IMG/VR virus record: IMGVR_UViG_3300042260_000337
Strand: one strand, 5' to 3'
Length of the DNA: 64,000 nucleotides
DNA from: a virus
Lineage: Duplodnaviria > Caudoviricetes
Numbering within the stretch: the first letter of the stretch is position 1; every line of letters starts with the position of its first letter. This document shows, piece after piece, positions 38,401 to 47,931 of the stretch. The position numbers and the translations under genes are program-made. Below the pieces are notes generated by a model, which searched no databases, was not told the DNA's origin, and saw nothing but the letters and a program-made list of their open reading frames with translations.

Positions 38401-38801
38401 TTTAATAAAAATTTCCCATCTTCAATATAAAGGTTTTTATTATCATCAATATTTATCATAAAGATGATCCATTCTTTGTTGCGTATATAACGACAGGTAT
38501 ATTTGCTTTCATCAACCAGCCTGTCAAGAATTTCAAAACCATATCCATGAGAAGCAGGGTCGCCTATGATTACGGTTTCTTCAAATCCATCCGTTATTTT
38601 TTCTTCAAAATGTTTCACGACAAATGGCAAATCATTTGTGTCATTCAAAACTATCTTGATTCCTACCGTTTCAGATACGGTTTTCCTGAATGGATTTGGT
38701 CCATCCAAATTTATAGAAAATGCTGCCAACTCCCGATGTAGCATCAACTCGTATTCATCATACCATTCTGGCATAATAATCCGTTTTGGTTCGTAGTCCA
38801 T
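38397..38801 (-). CDS. Hypothetical protein
   Basis: 134 aa ORF. Confidence 0.5.
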   Translation of the reverse strand: MDYEPKRIIMPEWYDEYELMLHRELAAFSINLDGPNPFRKTVSETVGIKIVLNDTNDLPFVVKHFEEKITDGFEETVIIGDPASHGYGFEILDRLVDESKYTCRYIRNKEWIIFMINIDDNKNLYIEDGKFLLK

Positions 38802-39733
38802 TATGACTGTCCTGCAATGTATTGAAGTTCAAGAAGAGTTGCACTTAGGTTGATTTCTGGGTCTGCAACGAGTGAATGATTTACCAACCCATCACGAATA
38901 CATAGCAATGCTCTGCCCTTTGTTTTGGTATCTTCGCCAAACCAATCCAAGTTCTCATATAGCTTACGAAACACACCTTCATATTCTTCTGGACGTGCTT
39001 TCTCAACAATCATTTTACGGGCATCAGCAACTTTTCCAAGTTGGAAGAGTGCTACATATTCTAGAACCCAATCACTTTCGCCACCTTCACCAGAACTTGG
39101 TTCTTGTAGCTTTCCATCAACTACGTTCTGTTGAACCATTCCAATGCATTTGCGCAAGTCTGGATAGGTTGACTTTACGTATACGTCAAGGTCATCTGGT
39201 TGAAACGTAATACCTTCTTCCAAGAGAATGGTTGCAATACGAACTGTGAACTCAGTCTGGTCTAGTTTGGCGATATGAAAACCCTGACAACGAGAATGTA
39301 GAGCAGGAATAACTTTGTTTGGATAGTTACAGGTAAGAATGAAACGACAGGTTGACGAATATGTTTCCATCATATTACGAAGAATTGCTTGTGCGTTTTG
39401 AGTGAGGTAATCAGCCTCATCAAGCAGAACATACTTGAAATCACCAGAGAATGGAAGTGAGCCAGCAAACCCACTGATTTTGTTTCTCATAGTGTCAACG
39501 TTGTTTTCGTTAGAGGCGTTGATAATCATAATGTCGCCACCATCTACGCCAAGTTCGTTGAGAAGGATTTTCGCAAGAGTGGTCTTACCAGTTCCCGCTG
39601 CACCAGAGAATAGAAGGTGTGGAACTGCACCAGACTTGACCCAATTCTTTACCTGATGCTTTTGCTTTTCATCACGGAATACGTAATCCTCTAATGTCTG
39701 TGGGCGATATTTTTCGGTCCAGAGTTCTCTCAT
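38801..39733 (-). CDS. Sliding-clamp loader small subunit (T4 gp44/RFC-like)
   Basis: LWTEKYRPQTL, GAAGTGKTT, INAS, LDEAD, SRC motif. Confidence 0.92.
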   Translation of the reverse strand: MRELWTEKYRPQTLEDYVFRDEKQKHQVKNWVKSGAVPHLLFSGAAGTGKTTLAKILLNELGVDGGDIMIINASNENNVDTMRNKISGFAGSLPFSGDFKYVLLDEADYLTQNAQAILRNMMETYSSTCRFILTCNYPNKVIPALHSRCQGFHIAKLDQTEFTVRIATILLEEGITFQPDDLDVYVKSTYPDLRKCIGMVQQNVVDGKLQEPSSGEGGESDWVLEYVALFQLGKVADARKMIVEKARPEEYEGVFRKLYENLDWFGEDTKTKGRALLCIRDGLVNHSLVADPEINLSATLLELQYIAGQS

Positions 39734-39772
39734 TTTTATCTCGTTTGTTGATGATTGATTTTACAGAGTATA

Positions 39773-40204
39773 TCACTTTTCTTTGAGAAGATCAAGTGCG
39801 TAATATTGTTCCACTAACTTATCGTAGTGTTCATATGTAAGTTGTTCAAGTTCTGGATATTTTTTCTCAAGTGATTTGTTTCGCAAATCTAACTTGATAC
39901 CAAAAGTTTTTCTTTTCTCGGCAAACTTATCGCCTTGGCATGAAACATAAGGAACTATGTTTCGTTTTGGTGTTGGTTTCGAAAAGATTAGTTCTTTTGT
40001 TACTACTACAACTCGTCCGTCTCCAAGACAAAACTTACATTCAGACCGTATTGTTTCGTAGTCGTTTCTGTGATAGTCTACTAATTCTTCTTTAGTTATG
40101 GTTCCTATGCCCTTGCATTGTGGGCATAGTTCAACCACGTTCTTTTCAACTACATCGATTGAACTACGCCATTCAATGTCACGTTTTGTTTCTTCATCAA
40201 TCAT
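39773..40204 (-). CDS. Protein with DnaJ-type zinc-finger repeats
   Basis: CPQCKGIG and CKFCLGDG. Confidence 0.55.
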   Translation of the reverse strand: MIDEETKRDIEWRSSIDVVEKNVVELCPQCKGIGTITKEELVDYHRNDYETIRSECKFCLGDGRVVVVTKELIFSKPTPKRNIVPYVSCQGDKFAEKRKTFGIKLDLRNKSLEKKYPELEQLTYEHYDKLVEQYYALDLLKEK

Positions 40205-40665
40205 CGGTTTGGGTCAGCTTCTTTATATTCTGGTGTTTCTGGCATAGTCCAAGGAAACGATTCGATGTTTACCCGACTGTCTCGTGAAGTAAAGTAAGAC
40301 TTGTACTTTTCTCCATTTTCATCTTCATACCATTCCCAGAACACAATGCCATCCATCCAATAGGCTTGCCCGTTTTCTTTGAACACGTTAGATGCGCGGC
40401 GGTTCTGAAACACTCCGTGTCCAACTTCATTCCACTCATCGTCATTTCCAGTAAGAGGCGTAAGTGGGTTGTATGCAAGAACACGTTTCAAAATTGATAG
40501 TGCATATGATGCACTGAATCCCGAATGTCCTTCTTCTGCAAACATTTCTACCATGCGAAGGATATGGTCACGCATATGAAAGTCCATACCTTCACCAGTG
40601 CGGTCATCGGTTCCAAGATTGAGAATATCCAATTCTCGCTTTGCGTAGTCAACAAGATTGCTCAT
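40201..40665 (-). CDS. Conserved phage hypothetical protein
   Basis: 154 aa; GHSGFSA, PLTPLTG.DDEW. Confidence 0.6.
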   Translation of the reverse strand: MSNLVDYAKRELDILNLGTDDRTGEGMDFHMRDHILRMVEMFAEEGHSGFSASYALSILKRVLAYNPLTPLTGNDDEWNEVGHGVFQNRRASNVFKENGQAYWMDGIVFWEWYEDENGEKYKSYFTSRDSRVNIESFPWTMPETPEYKEADPNR

Positions 40666-40674
40666 ACTATCCTA

Positions 40675-40890
40675 TTATTTGTAAAAGATTACTACAGCCA
40701 AAAAAAGCTGTGCGAATATATTTACTGCTAGAAGGGTTCTGATAGTTGCGAATGCCTCTGGCAGTTTTGCGATTTTTCGGTTCAGGCTTTCCCACATTTC
40801 CATTCTGCGTTTAGTTGCAGCGTCAATTGTAACTGGGGTTGCATCGTCAAGTCCAAATACGATACGGTCTTCCTTGGAAGTATCTGCCAT
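40675..40890 (-). CDS. Small membrane-anchored protein
   Basis: 71 aa, C-terminal hydrophobic helix. Confidence 0.45.
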   Translation of the reverse strand: MADTSKEDRIVFGLDDATPVTIDAATKRRMEMWESLNRKIAKLPEAFATIRTLLAVNIFAQLFLAVVIFYK

Positions 40891-41213
40891 TATTTCACCT
40901 CGTCTGGCTTGGTTTCGCTTACACCAAGAATACCATTTGGGTCACCCAACCAAAAACGAATTTCTGTTTCGCCCAAGTCTAGGTTTTGCCCGACACTCCA
41001 TCGTCCATGGTCCATAAGAACCCACTGACCGACACTGACATCTTTTTGTTCTGGTCCAACAGCATACACTTCTGCCCATCTAGCACGAATGCCACGCTCA
41101 CCCGCATCGGTGGTGCTGTCATCTATGATGATCAAACCATTAGCAGTTTTTCTTTCGCCATGGTCTAGGTTGATTAGAATAATATTGTTTCCGAGTGGTC
41201 GCAACGTTCTCAT
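40890..41213 (-). CDS. groES: GroES-like co-chaperonin
   Basis: LRPLGNNI..ERKTANGLII..V.AVGP..V.VG..VL; start set at MRTL. Confidence 0.8.
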   Translation of the reverse strand: MRTLRPLGNNIILINLDHGERKTANGLIIIDDSTTDAGERGIRARWAEVYAVGPEQKDVSVGQWVLMDHGRWSVGQNLDLGETEIRFWLGDPNGILGVSETKPDEVK

Positions 41214-41214
41214 A

Positions 41215-41553
41215 TTATTCCTCGTTATTATTGTCAAAGTTTTCCGCAAATGTTGGTGCTGGAGCGGGAGTGTATTTTTTAGTTGGCTGTGGTTCAAGAC
41301 CGACTGGCAATTCTTCTTTTGCATTATCAACTTTGATAGATGCTTTTTTTACTGCCTTTGGATTGTTTTTGTTGTAATGCTCACGAGCAATTTGGTCTGC
41401 GGTTTTTTCAATTTTTCCGCCTTTACCCAACTGGTCGCCACGTGCATTTGTTTTTACGTTGCCTACCGCGATGGTGGTTTCTTGTGCGATTTGTAGCTTT
41501 TCAAAGTCTACTTCTGCGCCTCTTGAACTTTTTCTAATCATATTATTCCTCAT
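41215..41553 (-). CDS. Hypothetical protein
   Basis: 112 aa; AVGNVKTNARGDQLG.GG. Confidence 0.55.
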   Translation of the reverse strand: MRNNMIRKSSRGAEVDFEKLQIAQETTIAVGNVKTNARGDQLGKGGKIEKTADQIAREHYNKNNPKAVKKASIKVDNAKEELPVGLEPQPTKKYTPAPAPTFAENFDNNNEE

Positions 41554-41746
41554 TCATTTCAAAGATTCGTTTTAGAAATTCTCGTATTATATCTTCTGAT
41601 TGTTGTTTACGTTCAGTATCACTTTTGTGTGGATTTTTATTCATGTATGTAAGATGAACAAGATTTATACAAACTCTCAATTCTTGTTCTTCTTGAAGAG
41701 ACAACTTGCGTTTACTGGCTGGAAACTTTATTATTATGTCACTCAT
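41543..41746 (-). CDS. Hypothetical protein
   Basis: 67 aa ORF. Confidence 0.45.
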   Translation of the reverse strand: MSDIIIKFPASKRKLSLQEEQELRVCINLVHLTYMNKNPHKSDTERKQQSEDIIREFLKRIFEMNEE

Positions 41747-42270
41747 TTCAAAAACTCTTTTATGTCCAATCCATATTTCTCACTGTCGATCTTATGAATA
41801 CCAATAACGTAAAGAACATAACTAGCAACACTTGAACCGCGCCCTACACCCCATACCACGTTGTGCTTTCGCATCTGGTCTACCAAATAAACACACAGGC
41901 GAAGAACGTCCAACAATTCATATTTATCATACAACTCCAACTCTGTTTCGACTCGGTTCATCCTCGCCAAAGGTGTTTTGCTCTTGACGTATGAACATAT
42001 TTCCATCTTCATATATTCATCAGGAACAAACCATTTTCTTTGATGTTCAATATCGAACTCACTAACATCAACACTATAATGGCTGAGTGGTTGTAACGGT
42101 GAGTCAGAAAGATGGTTCAGAGTTAAAGCGGTATTATACTTATCAAAATCTTCATGCCATTCTACTTGGTCTAATTTTGATAAGTCCACACCTTGATAAA
42201 GAAGTTCATATAAGTCATGACGATTATAGATGACTCGACCATATTGGTCTGTTGTCACCTTATCAATCAT
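41743..42270 (-). CDS. DNA polymerase III alpha (DnaE)-like fragment
   Basis: RV..ELEL..LRL..YLVD.MR...V.WGVGRGSSVASYVLY.IGIH.ID; 175 aa only. Confidence 0.75.
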   Translation of the reverse strand: MIDKVTTDQYGRVIYNRHDLYELLYQGVDLSKLDQVEWHEDFDKYNTALTLNHLSDSPLQPLSHYSVDVSEFDIEHQRKWFVPDEYMKMEICSYVKSKTPLARMNRVETELELYDKYELLDVLRLCVYLVDQMRKHNVVWGVGRGSSVASYVLYVIGIHKIDSEKYGLDIKEFLK

Positions 42271-42925
42271 CAATGACTTTTGGCTTCCATCTTGGAATTT
42301 CAATAACTTCTCCATTCTTTGGGGCGCTCATTTCCCCAGAGACAATTTTTTCTATATCTTCAAATATTGTATCAGAATATGGTGGAGTTGTCAAGTCTTC
42401 ATCATCTTCGGCAACATAATCTTCGCACTCTGTAGATGCTCTGAACCACCAAGGAACATCATAAAAGTATCTTCCTTCGCCTATAAATGTTTTTAGGTCT
42501 GGCAGCATATGATATGAAGTATCAGCATATGTATATGTGATAGATGGATTTGAATATTTGCTTCCCACTTTCACACTTAGAATCTCTAGACTTTCACCCG
42601 CAATAGCGTTTAGCTTTGCATGTAGAGTGATTGCGATAACATCATTAGTGGGAACATATGGAAACAGAACAACATGGTTTTCTGCAAAGTCTGCATCAAT
42701 TGGAGCGTTGACATGAGTGAGAATGCTATGTTGCAAAACTTCTTCTAAGAAGAACTTTACCTTGAGAAAGGCGGAATTACCTTTTTGCAAATCTGGGGTG
42801 GTCCAAGCAAAGTCAATGGAAACTTCAAAAATATCACTTAGTATGACTGGCTCTGCTTGGATTAGCGTTGCGTTAAAATGTGTGGTAAACGTAGAATAAC
42901 TACTTACCATAAAGTCGTCTGGCAT
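42263..42925 (-). CDS. Hypothetical protein
   Basis: 220 aa ORF. Confidence 0.6.
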   Translation of the reverse strand: MPDDFMVSSYSTFTTHFNATLIQAEPVILSDIFEVSIDFAWTTPDLQKGNSAFLKVKFFLEEVLQHSILTHVNAPIDADFAENHVVLFPYVPTNDVIAITLHAKLNAIAGESLEILSVKVGSKYSNPSITYTYADTSYHMLPDLKTFIGEGRYFYDVPWWFRASTECEDYVAEDDEDLTTPPYSDTIFEDIEKIVSGEMSAPKNGEVIEIPRWKPKVIDD

Positions 42926-43294
42926 TTATACCTCGTATGTTTGTAGCCCACTATCGTTATCGGTTATGTCGCCGTTATGTAGATAGATGGTTGCCTGTTC
43001 AAAAAATTCGTCCGATTCAGTGTAAAAGTCATACATAATGTATAGCTTAGGGAATGTGCGGCTTAGTTTCACAACATGCTTGAGTAGGTTTACTTGGTCA
43101 GATTCAGTAGAAAATCTGAGATTGTCGTGTCCAAGGTCATACTTGACATCAGTAAAGTTCAACTGCTCTTGCCAAGTTTGAAACCATTGGCCATACATAA
43201 ACTCCACAAAACGTGTTATGTCAACATCTGTTCCGTCCACAGTCAGACTGTGGTTTACCTTTTTAGTCTGTATCGGTTGATGCATCGGTGTCAT
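42926..43294 (-). CDS. Hypothetical protein
   Basis: 122 aa ORF. Confidence 0.5.
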   Translation of the reverse strand: MTPMHQPIQTKKVNHSLTVDGTDVDITRFVEFMYGQWFQTWQEQLNFTDVKYDLGHDNLRFSTESDQVNLLKHVVKLSRTFPKLYIMYDFYTESDEFFEQATIYLHNGDITDNDSGLQTYEV

Positions 43295-43520
43295 TGTCTT
43301 CTCCTATGATGAATGAGTCAGGAGTGCGCTCGTTGATAATATCAAAACGCATCCGTTCCAATCGTTCGTTGAGTTCCAGTCGCAATATCTCTAAGTGATA
43401 CTGCAACTGTTGCACAACGTGGTCCATTCCCTGACGATGAGCGATGTTCATTTTTTTCATAACATCTTCCATCTTTTCATCTAGTTCTTCTTCGGAGAGA
43501 CTTGAATAATCATTATACAT
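43263..43520 (-). CDS. Hypothetical coiled-coil protein
   Basis: 85 aa, after ATAAATA motif 43545. Confidence 0.5.
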   Translation of the reverse strand: MYNDYSSLSEEELDEKMEDVMKKMNIAHRQGMDHVVQQLQYHLEILRLELNERLERMRFDIINERTPDSFIIGEDNDTDASTDTD

Positions 43521-43547
43521 ATAAAAGTCCTTATGTCTTATATGTAT

Positions 43548-43892
43548 TTATCTTTTGGCGTCAAGATGTATTGACAGGCTTGCCAAAATCTCTTTATCAA
43601 TTTCTTCTTGAAGCACCTTCGCCAACTCTTCGTTGATTTCATTGACAACTTTACTTTCGTTCTCTATCTTATTTAGATAGTCAGAATATGACAGACCAAG
43701 AAGACTCATCATTTGATGATACACTTCTGGTTGGTCGGCAACTTTGGCAAGAACTTCATATTCTTTCTGTTGGAGTTCGTTCCATTCCTCTTCGGACAGA
43801 GTATGCTCCATCGTCCAAGAGGCATTCAGAGTGCGGCTTTTAGCTTGCACCGCAATCTTTTCTATTTTGATGTTTGATAAATCAAAACTCAT
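43548..43892 (-). CDS. Hypothetical protein
   Basis: 114 aa; KSRTLNASWT and EIDKEIL segments. Confidence 0.5.
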   Translation of the reverse strand: MSFDLSNIKIEKIAVQAKSRTLNASWTMEHTLSEEEWNELQQKEYEVLAKVADQPEVYHQMMSLLGLSYSDYLNKIENESKVVNEINEELAKVLQEEIDKEILASLSIHLDAKR

Positions 43893-44296
43893 AGGTCGCC
43901 AACTTTGCGATTTTCAGAGTAATAGGGGTCAAAATTTCCACCTGGGTATCGGGCTTCCAGTTTGCGGACATTCTCTGCGATAACTTCGTTTGGATTTTCA
44001 CCGATAGCACGACATGCATTTACGAAATACCAAGCAATGTCGCCAAGTTCTCGCTTCATATGAAAGATAGTATCTTCATTCATGGGCTTACCCTGAAAGA
44101 CGCATTTCTTTGCAATCTCTGCAAACTCGCCGCCCTCTGCACTCATGCCGATAGCACCAGTAAGAAGTAGAGAAATGTTTACCGTTTCGTTTAGTTCACG
44201 AAGTCGGACAATCATAGCTTCAAGGTCGTTTGATGCATCCGATGTTACAGCAGATACAAAGTCTTGATATTTTTGTAGGTCAATTTGTTGAGTCAT
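43889..44296 (-). CDS. MazG-like nucleotide pyrophosphohydrolase
   Basis: GMSAEGGEFAEIAKK..ELGDIAWY..N..KL..RYP; start set at MTQQ. Confidence 0.8.
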   Translation of the reverse strand: MTQQIDLQKYQDFVSAVTSDASNDLEAMIVRLRELNETVNISLLLTGAIGMSAEGGEFAEIAKKCVFQGKPMNEDTIFHMKRELGDIAWYFVNACRAIGENPNEVIAENVRKLEARYPGGNFDPYYSENRKVGDL

Positions 44297-44354
44297 TTGA
44301 TTCCTCTTGTTTGAATAATAATCCATTATATCGCATAGTGATTGTATTTTCAAG

Positions 44355-44456
44355 GAAAAAAAGACCCGATAGAAAGAATCTATCGGGCCAGTTGGCGAAG
44401 AGGACTAGAGTTTGATGCAGGGAGCATCAAACAAAAGTGCAGGGAGAACCCCTGCA
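44355..44456 (-). ncRNA. Candidate small RNA: two hairpins with CU-rich loops plus terminator
   Basis: TGCAGGG-GTTCT-CCCTGCA, TTTGATGC-TCCCT-GCATCAAA, then CCCGATAG..CTATCGGG-T7 terminator. Confidence 0.45.
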
Positions 44457-44492
44457 TCTGTATTTACCCCTTCTACATACAATATTATGTGC

Positions 44493-44909
44493 CTACATAC
44501 ATTTGATTTCTTGTTCATTCGTGCTGTAATACACTTTTCTCAATCCAAACGTGGAAATACATTTCTCACAACCTTCACACGGTTTTGCAATACCATACAC
44601 AATCTTATTGCTGGTGGAACTTTTCTGTTTTGCACGAATGATAAACAAATCACATTTTGCAAGTTGGTCCACAGAAATACGTTTCAGCGCATTTTTGATT
44701 GCATCGGTTTCGGCATGAAGATAAATCGCATCTTCATTCTTTTGATACGGAATGATGAAAGGATGTGACTTGAGTTGATTGAAGCCGTAGCTTATGATTT
44801 GATTTTTGTGAACAACGGCTGCAACAATCTTTGCATTACCAGTAGCCTCATGGTCGCTGGCAAGAATAAACAACGTATCTACAATCTTACTTTGCTTATG
44901 GGTTAGCAT
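44493..44909 (-). CDS. Cytidine/dCMP deaminase-like zinc protein
   Basis: HAETDAI and PCEGC. Confidence 0.8.
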   Translation of the reverse strand: MLTHKQSKIVDTLFILASDHEATGNAKIVAAVVHKNQIISYGFNQLKSHPFIIPYQKNEDAIYLHAETDAIKNALKRISVDQLAKCDLFIIRAKQKSSTSNKIVYGIAKPCEGCEKCISTFGLRKVYYSTNEQEIKCM

Positions 44910-45081
44910 GTTCGCATTTCTTTAGAAGATACTGATAAGCGAAATCATTGGTAGAAAGAGGCTCTGGGTCCATTCCAAGAGATAACGATGCGTTCCATAC
45001 ATCAAAACCCAAAAGTGCAAGATGGGCTGCTTGCCAATCTTGCAACAAATGGACCTCATTGTCTACGAGATAAAGATACAA
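44896..45081 (-). CDS. Hypothetical protein
   Basis: 61 aa ORF. Confidence 0.4.
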   Translation of the reverse strand: MYLYLVDNEVHLLQDWQAAHLALLGFDVWNASLSLGMDPEPLSTNDFAYQYLLKKCEHANP

Positions 45082-45084
45082 TGG

Positions 45085-45270
45085 TTAGTCGCCCATACAC
45101 TCGCCGGGTTCAACCACGCAACGCTGTTCATACATATTCCAATAGTATTGGTCAACATCAATCTTCCAACGTGCTACTTCCTCACGATTAGTTGTTGCAA
45201 CAACAATAACGACAATCACAAGAGTAGCAGCAACTGAAACCAGAATATCACGGATGGTTTGAAGAGTCAT
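45085..45270 (-). CDS. Small membrane protein
   Basis: N-terminal TM helix. Confidence 0.45.
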   Translation of the reverse strand: MTLQTIRDILVSVAATLVIVVIVVATTNREEVARWKIDVDQYYWNMYEQRCVVEPGECMGD

Positions 45271-45280
45271 TTTATTTTCC

Positions 45281-45448
45281 TTATGCTAAGAGGATGAGGT
45301 AAGCGATTGATGCAATCATAAAGAGAAACAGAAGCACCGAAACACTGATTGCGACATTGGCAATGAGTTTTTTATGCCAACGTATCGGCGGCTTTTCTTT
45401 TTTGGGTTTTTTACCGAAGATAGCTCGGACCAGTCCACGAAATCGCAT
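45281..45448 (-). CDS. Small membrane protein
   Basis: Basic N-terminus, C-terminal TM; start uncertain. Confidence 0.35.
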   Translation of the reverse strand: MRFRGLVRAIFGKKPKKEKPPIRWHKKLIANVAISVSVLLFLFMIASIAYLILLA

Positions 45449-45749
45449 ATTTACCTTCCACAATGTTGCCCCGTGCAGCGTTCCGTGCGGGAGTGGCCCA
45501 CGATGCTGCTTTCAGGATGTCACCTTTTTTGAACTTCTTATCACCTTCATCTTTCACGATGAAGCCCCACACCGAACCGCCTTTGGTGATTTTGATGTAT
45601 TTGGAGCCTTCAACTACAACGAGGGAGTCATTGAAGTCTTCAACCATTTCAGAAAGGATTTCGTTCAGTTCCCGCGTTCCGTTCCGAGTCGTCCATTTGA
45701 GGTAGTCTGCCTTGATGGCACTCAGGAGTTCTTCAACTTTGTCAAGCAT
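45411..45749 (-). CDS. Conserved phage hypothetical protein
   Basis: KYIKI..SVWGFIV..GDILKAASW..PARN.ARGNI..WTGP.YL; follows motif promoter 45788. Confidence 0.65.
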   Translation of the reverse strand: MLDKVEELLSAIKADYLKWTTRNGTRELNEILSEMVEDFNDSLVVVEGSKYIKITKGGSVWGFIVKDEGDKKFKKGDILKAASWATPARNAARGNIVEGKYAISWTGPSYLR

Positions 45750-45995
45750 GTCTTCTTCTCTCTCTTGGCTACAGATTACTTATAGAGTGATTCGCAGTAT
45801 TTGTCAAGCACTTTTTGGATAAAGATTTGAAAGAACTCTCCATTCTCCGTTGAGAAGGAGTTCAACCTTCACACCGAGTGACTCAGCATAATGAAACGCA
45901 CAAGAAAGATCACTGAACTCCATTCGGCCAGCGCGGTATTTCATGACAGTCCCTTTGTTTTTACAGGATAGTTATATACTGATTCGTTGATATTG

Positions 45996-46175
45996 TCAAC
46001 CGTCTAAACCACTGTCTTGGTATGGCCAAGATAAATTATGGTAAACTTCATTCAGAAGTTCGTTGACTTCTTGAATACTGATGGTTTCAAAGTCATCACC
46101 AGATATGTTTTTCACGTATTCAAGCAACTCACTTGGAACATCGCCCAAGGATTCAAAGTTATACTTCTTCATCAT
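45996..46175 (-). CDS. Hypothetical protein
   Basis: Start set at MMKKYNF. Confidence 0.4.
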   Translation of the reverse strand: MMKKYNFESLGDVPSELLEYVKNISGDDFETISIQEVNELLNEVYHNLSWPYQDSGLDG

Positions 46176-46383
46176 AACGCAGAATATCCTCTTGCCACTT
46201 GCCATCCTTGAGAGTTTTACGAGTTTTGATAAACCCGTTGTCAATCAGATTTTGAATAGTGGAATCGATAATGTGCGGAGCAAGAGCACGTGCTTTGCCT
46301 ACACCTTTCATATAACCGAGAAGAAAAATAAGGAGTCCAATACCAACTCCAATCCAGCCGTTCACATCCGAAAAGTATTCCAT
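46159..46383 (-). CDS. Small membrane protein
   Basis: Follows motif promoter 46414. Confidence 0.55.
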   Translation of the reverse strand: MEYFSDVNGWIGVGIGLLIFLLGYMKGVGKARALAPHIIDSTIQNLIDNGFIKTRKTLKDGKWQEDILRYDEEV

Positions 46384-46429
46384 CTGTTTCTCCTTTATGA
46401 GTTGAAGATAGTATGATTCGTATAGTTTG

Positions 46430-47029
46430 TCAAGTAGTTTCTGTAAATGTTCGTATAATATCTATCACATCGTTAGAATACAAAACATCATAATGGTCTT
46501 CATCTATCAAAATATAATCAATGTCTGAGCGGTTCATCATACTGTTTTTTGTGACCACACCATCATTAGGCAACACATGTATTGGATGGTGTCCACTTGT
46601 GGTTACTATTTGTGTCCAAGGTATGTCAATATCAATCAGCTTTGATGAATATATAGGGGGACTTGCGGGGCAAATATCTCTGAATAACTGATAAGATGGA
46701 AACATTTGTCTAAAAAATAATGCAAGAGCAGACCCACCATATGGCGTAGATATGGTTATTGCCCCTGCAACGTTTCTTTTTAGTTGATGATACAGGTGAA
46801 CACTATAGATTCCACCCAATGAGTGAGCAACGAAGAATATATTTTTTAGATGAGAAATCTCATCTTTCATTCGTTCCAAGTTATTTGCAAATGAGTTTCT
46901 ACTATCGTAATCAAGTAGAGTGTATTGTTGTGGCTGTAAGTGAGTTATAATATGCGTCCAACAAGAAGGCGATTGATTTGCTCCATGTATGAATACAAGA
47001 TGTGGAATCGTTGTTAGTTCTGCTGCCAT
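46430..47029 (-). CDS. Alpha/beta hydrolase fold protein
   Basis: VFIHGA, AHSLGG nucleophile elbow, TPYGGS, NDGVV, H. Confidence 0.8.
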   Translation of the reverse strand: MAAELTTIPHLVFIHGANQSPSCWTHIITHLQPQQYTLLDYDSRNSFANNLERMKDEISHLKNIFFVAHSLGGIYSVHLYHQLKRNVAGAITISTPYGGSALALFFRQMFPSYQLFRDICPASPPIYSSKLIDIDIPWTQIVTTSGHHPIHVLPNDGVVTKNSMMNRSDIDYILIDEDHYDVLYSNDVIDIIRTFTETT

Positions 47030-47035
47030 ACTATC

Positions 47036-47371
47036 TCACTGTTTGTCTATAACCTTTTCCAACTTTATGAACTCAATGCGATGGTTTGGAACGTATCTCC
47101 AAATAGTTTTTTCGTCTCGTTCAATCTCAAATATTGTTTCTTTTAGACTTATAGATATAACAGTTGCTGGTTCTCCGTCAACATATACGTTGTCACCAGG
47201 AGAAAACGCAGGGTTACGTAAAAATGACCATCCTTTTGCAAAGTTGGTTGCTGTCTCTTTTAGCCATATAGTAACAAAGATTGAAATAAGTAACGCCACC
47301 CACGGCATCGCAGCTTCAGTCAAAGTTGTTGCAAATATATCAAGGTCGCCCATGTCTTCTCTCCCGCTCAT
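47036..47371 (-). CDS. MscS-like small membrane protein
   Basis: TM helix then F.PGDNVYVDG..V..I.L..T..VPN. Confidence 0.6.
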   Translation of the reverse strand: MSGREDMGDLDIFATTLTEAAMPWVALLISIFVTIWLKETATNFAKGWSFLRNPAFSPGDNVYVDGEPATVISISLKETIFEIERDEKTIWRYVPNHRIEFIKLEKVIDKQ

Positions 47372-47408
47372 TAGTATTTATCTACTGGCAGAAAAGAAAT
47401 AAGCATGG

Positions 47409-47861
47409 TTATTTTGTAAGTAAAATTTTCATTGCTTCATATTGTTCCCATGCATCTTGTAGGGCTGGATGTTGCTTGCGAAGTTTTTCTTCGTCATACC
47501 TTTCACGCATGGTTGCATCGTAATATTTTTGCCGTGTTGAAATACCGTCATAATCACTGTTGCTTGAAATATGGCGAAAACGATCTTGTTCACAGTAATC
47601 CAAATAGTCAAGTAGATTATATAGTGCATATTCAGTCATATTGACGCTTACAGTTTTTACTTTTTTGGCTTTTTTGGCATGGTATGCATCCGCATCCATT
47701 GATGCCGTGTATAAAAATTCCGTATTTCTCATGTCATATGCATAACCAGAATCTTGAACTCTGGCATCATATCGGCGTTCAAACTTTTCAATCTTTTGTT
47801 CAAAAATCATTATATACCTCCATAATAGGTATATAATATCAGTTTTTTGCTTCTTTGTCAA
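47409..47861 (-). CDS. Hypothetical protein
   Basis: 150 aa; ends HPALQDAWEQYE. Confidence 0.55.
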   Translation of the reverse strand: MTKKQKTDIIYLLWRYIMIFEQKIEKFERRYDARVQDSGYAYDMRNTEFLYTASMDADAYHAKKAKKVKTVSVNMTEYALYNLLDYLDYCEQDRFRHISSNSDYDGISTRQKYYDATMRERYDEEKLRKQHPALQDAWEQYEAMKILLTK

Positions 47862-47931
47862 TCATGGAATTGACAAGTTGAATGTATGCATATCTCAGTA
47901 TACGCAATCGTTCTTTATGTTTCAATCGTTG

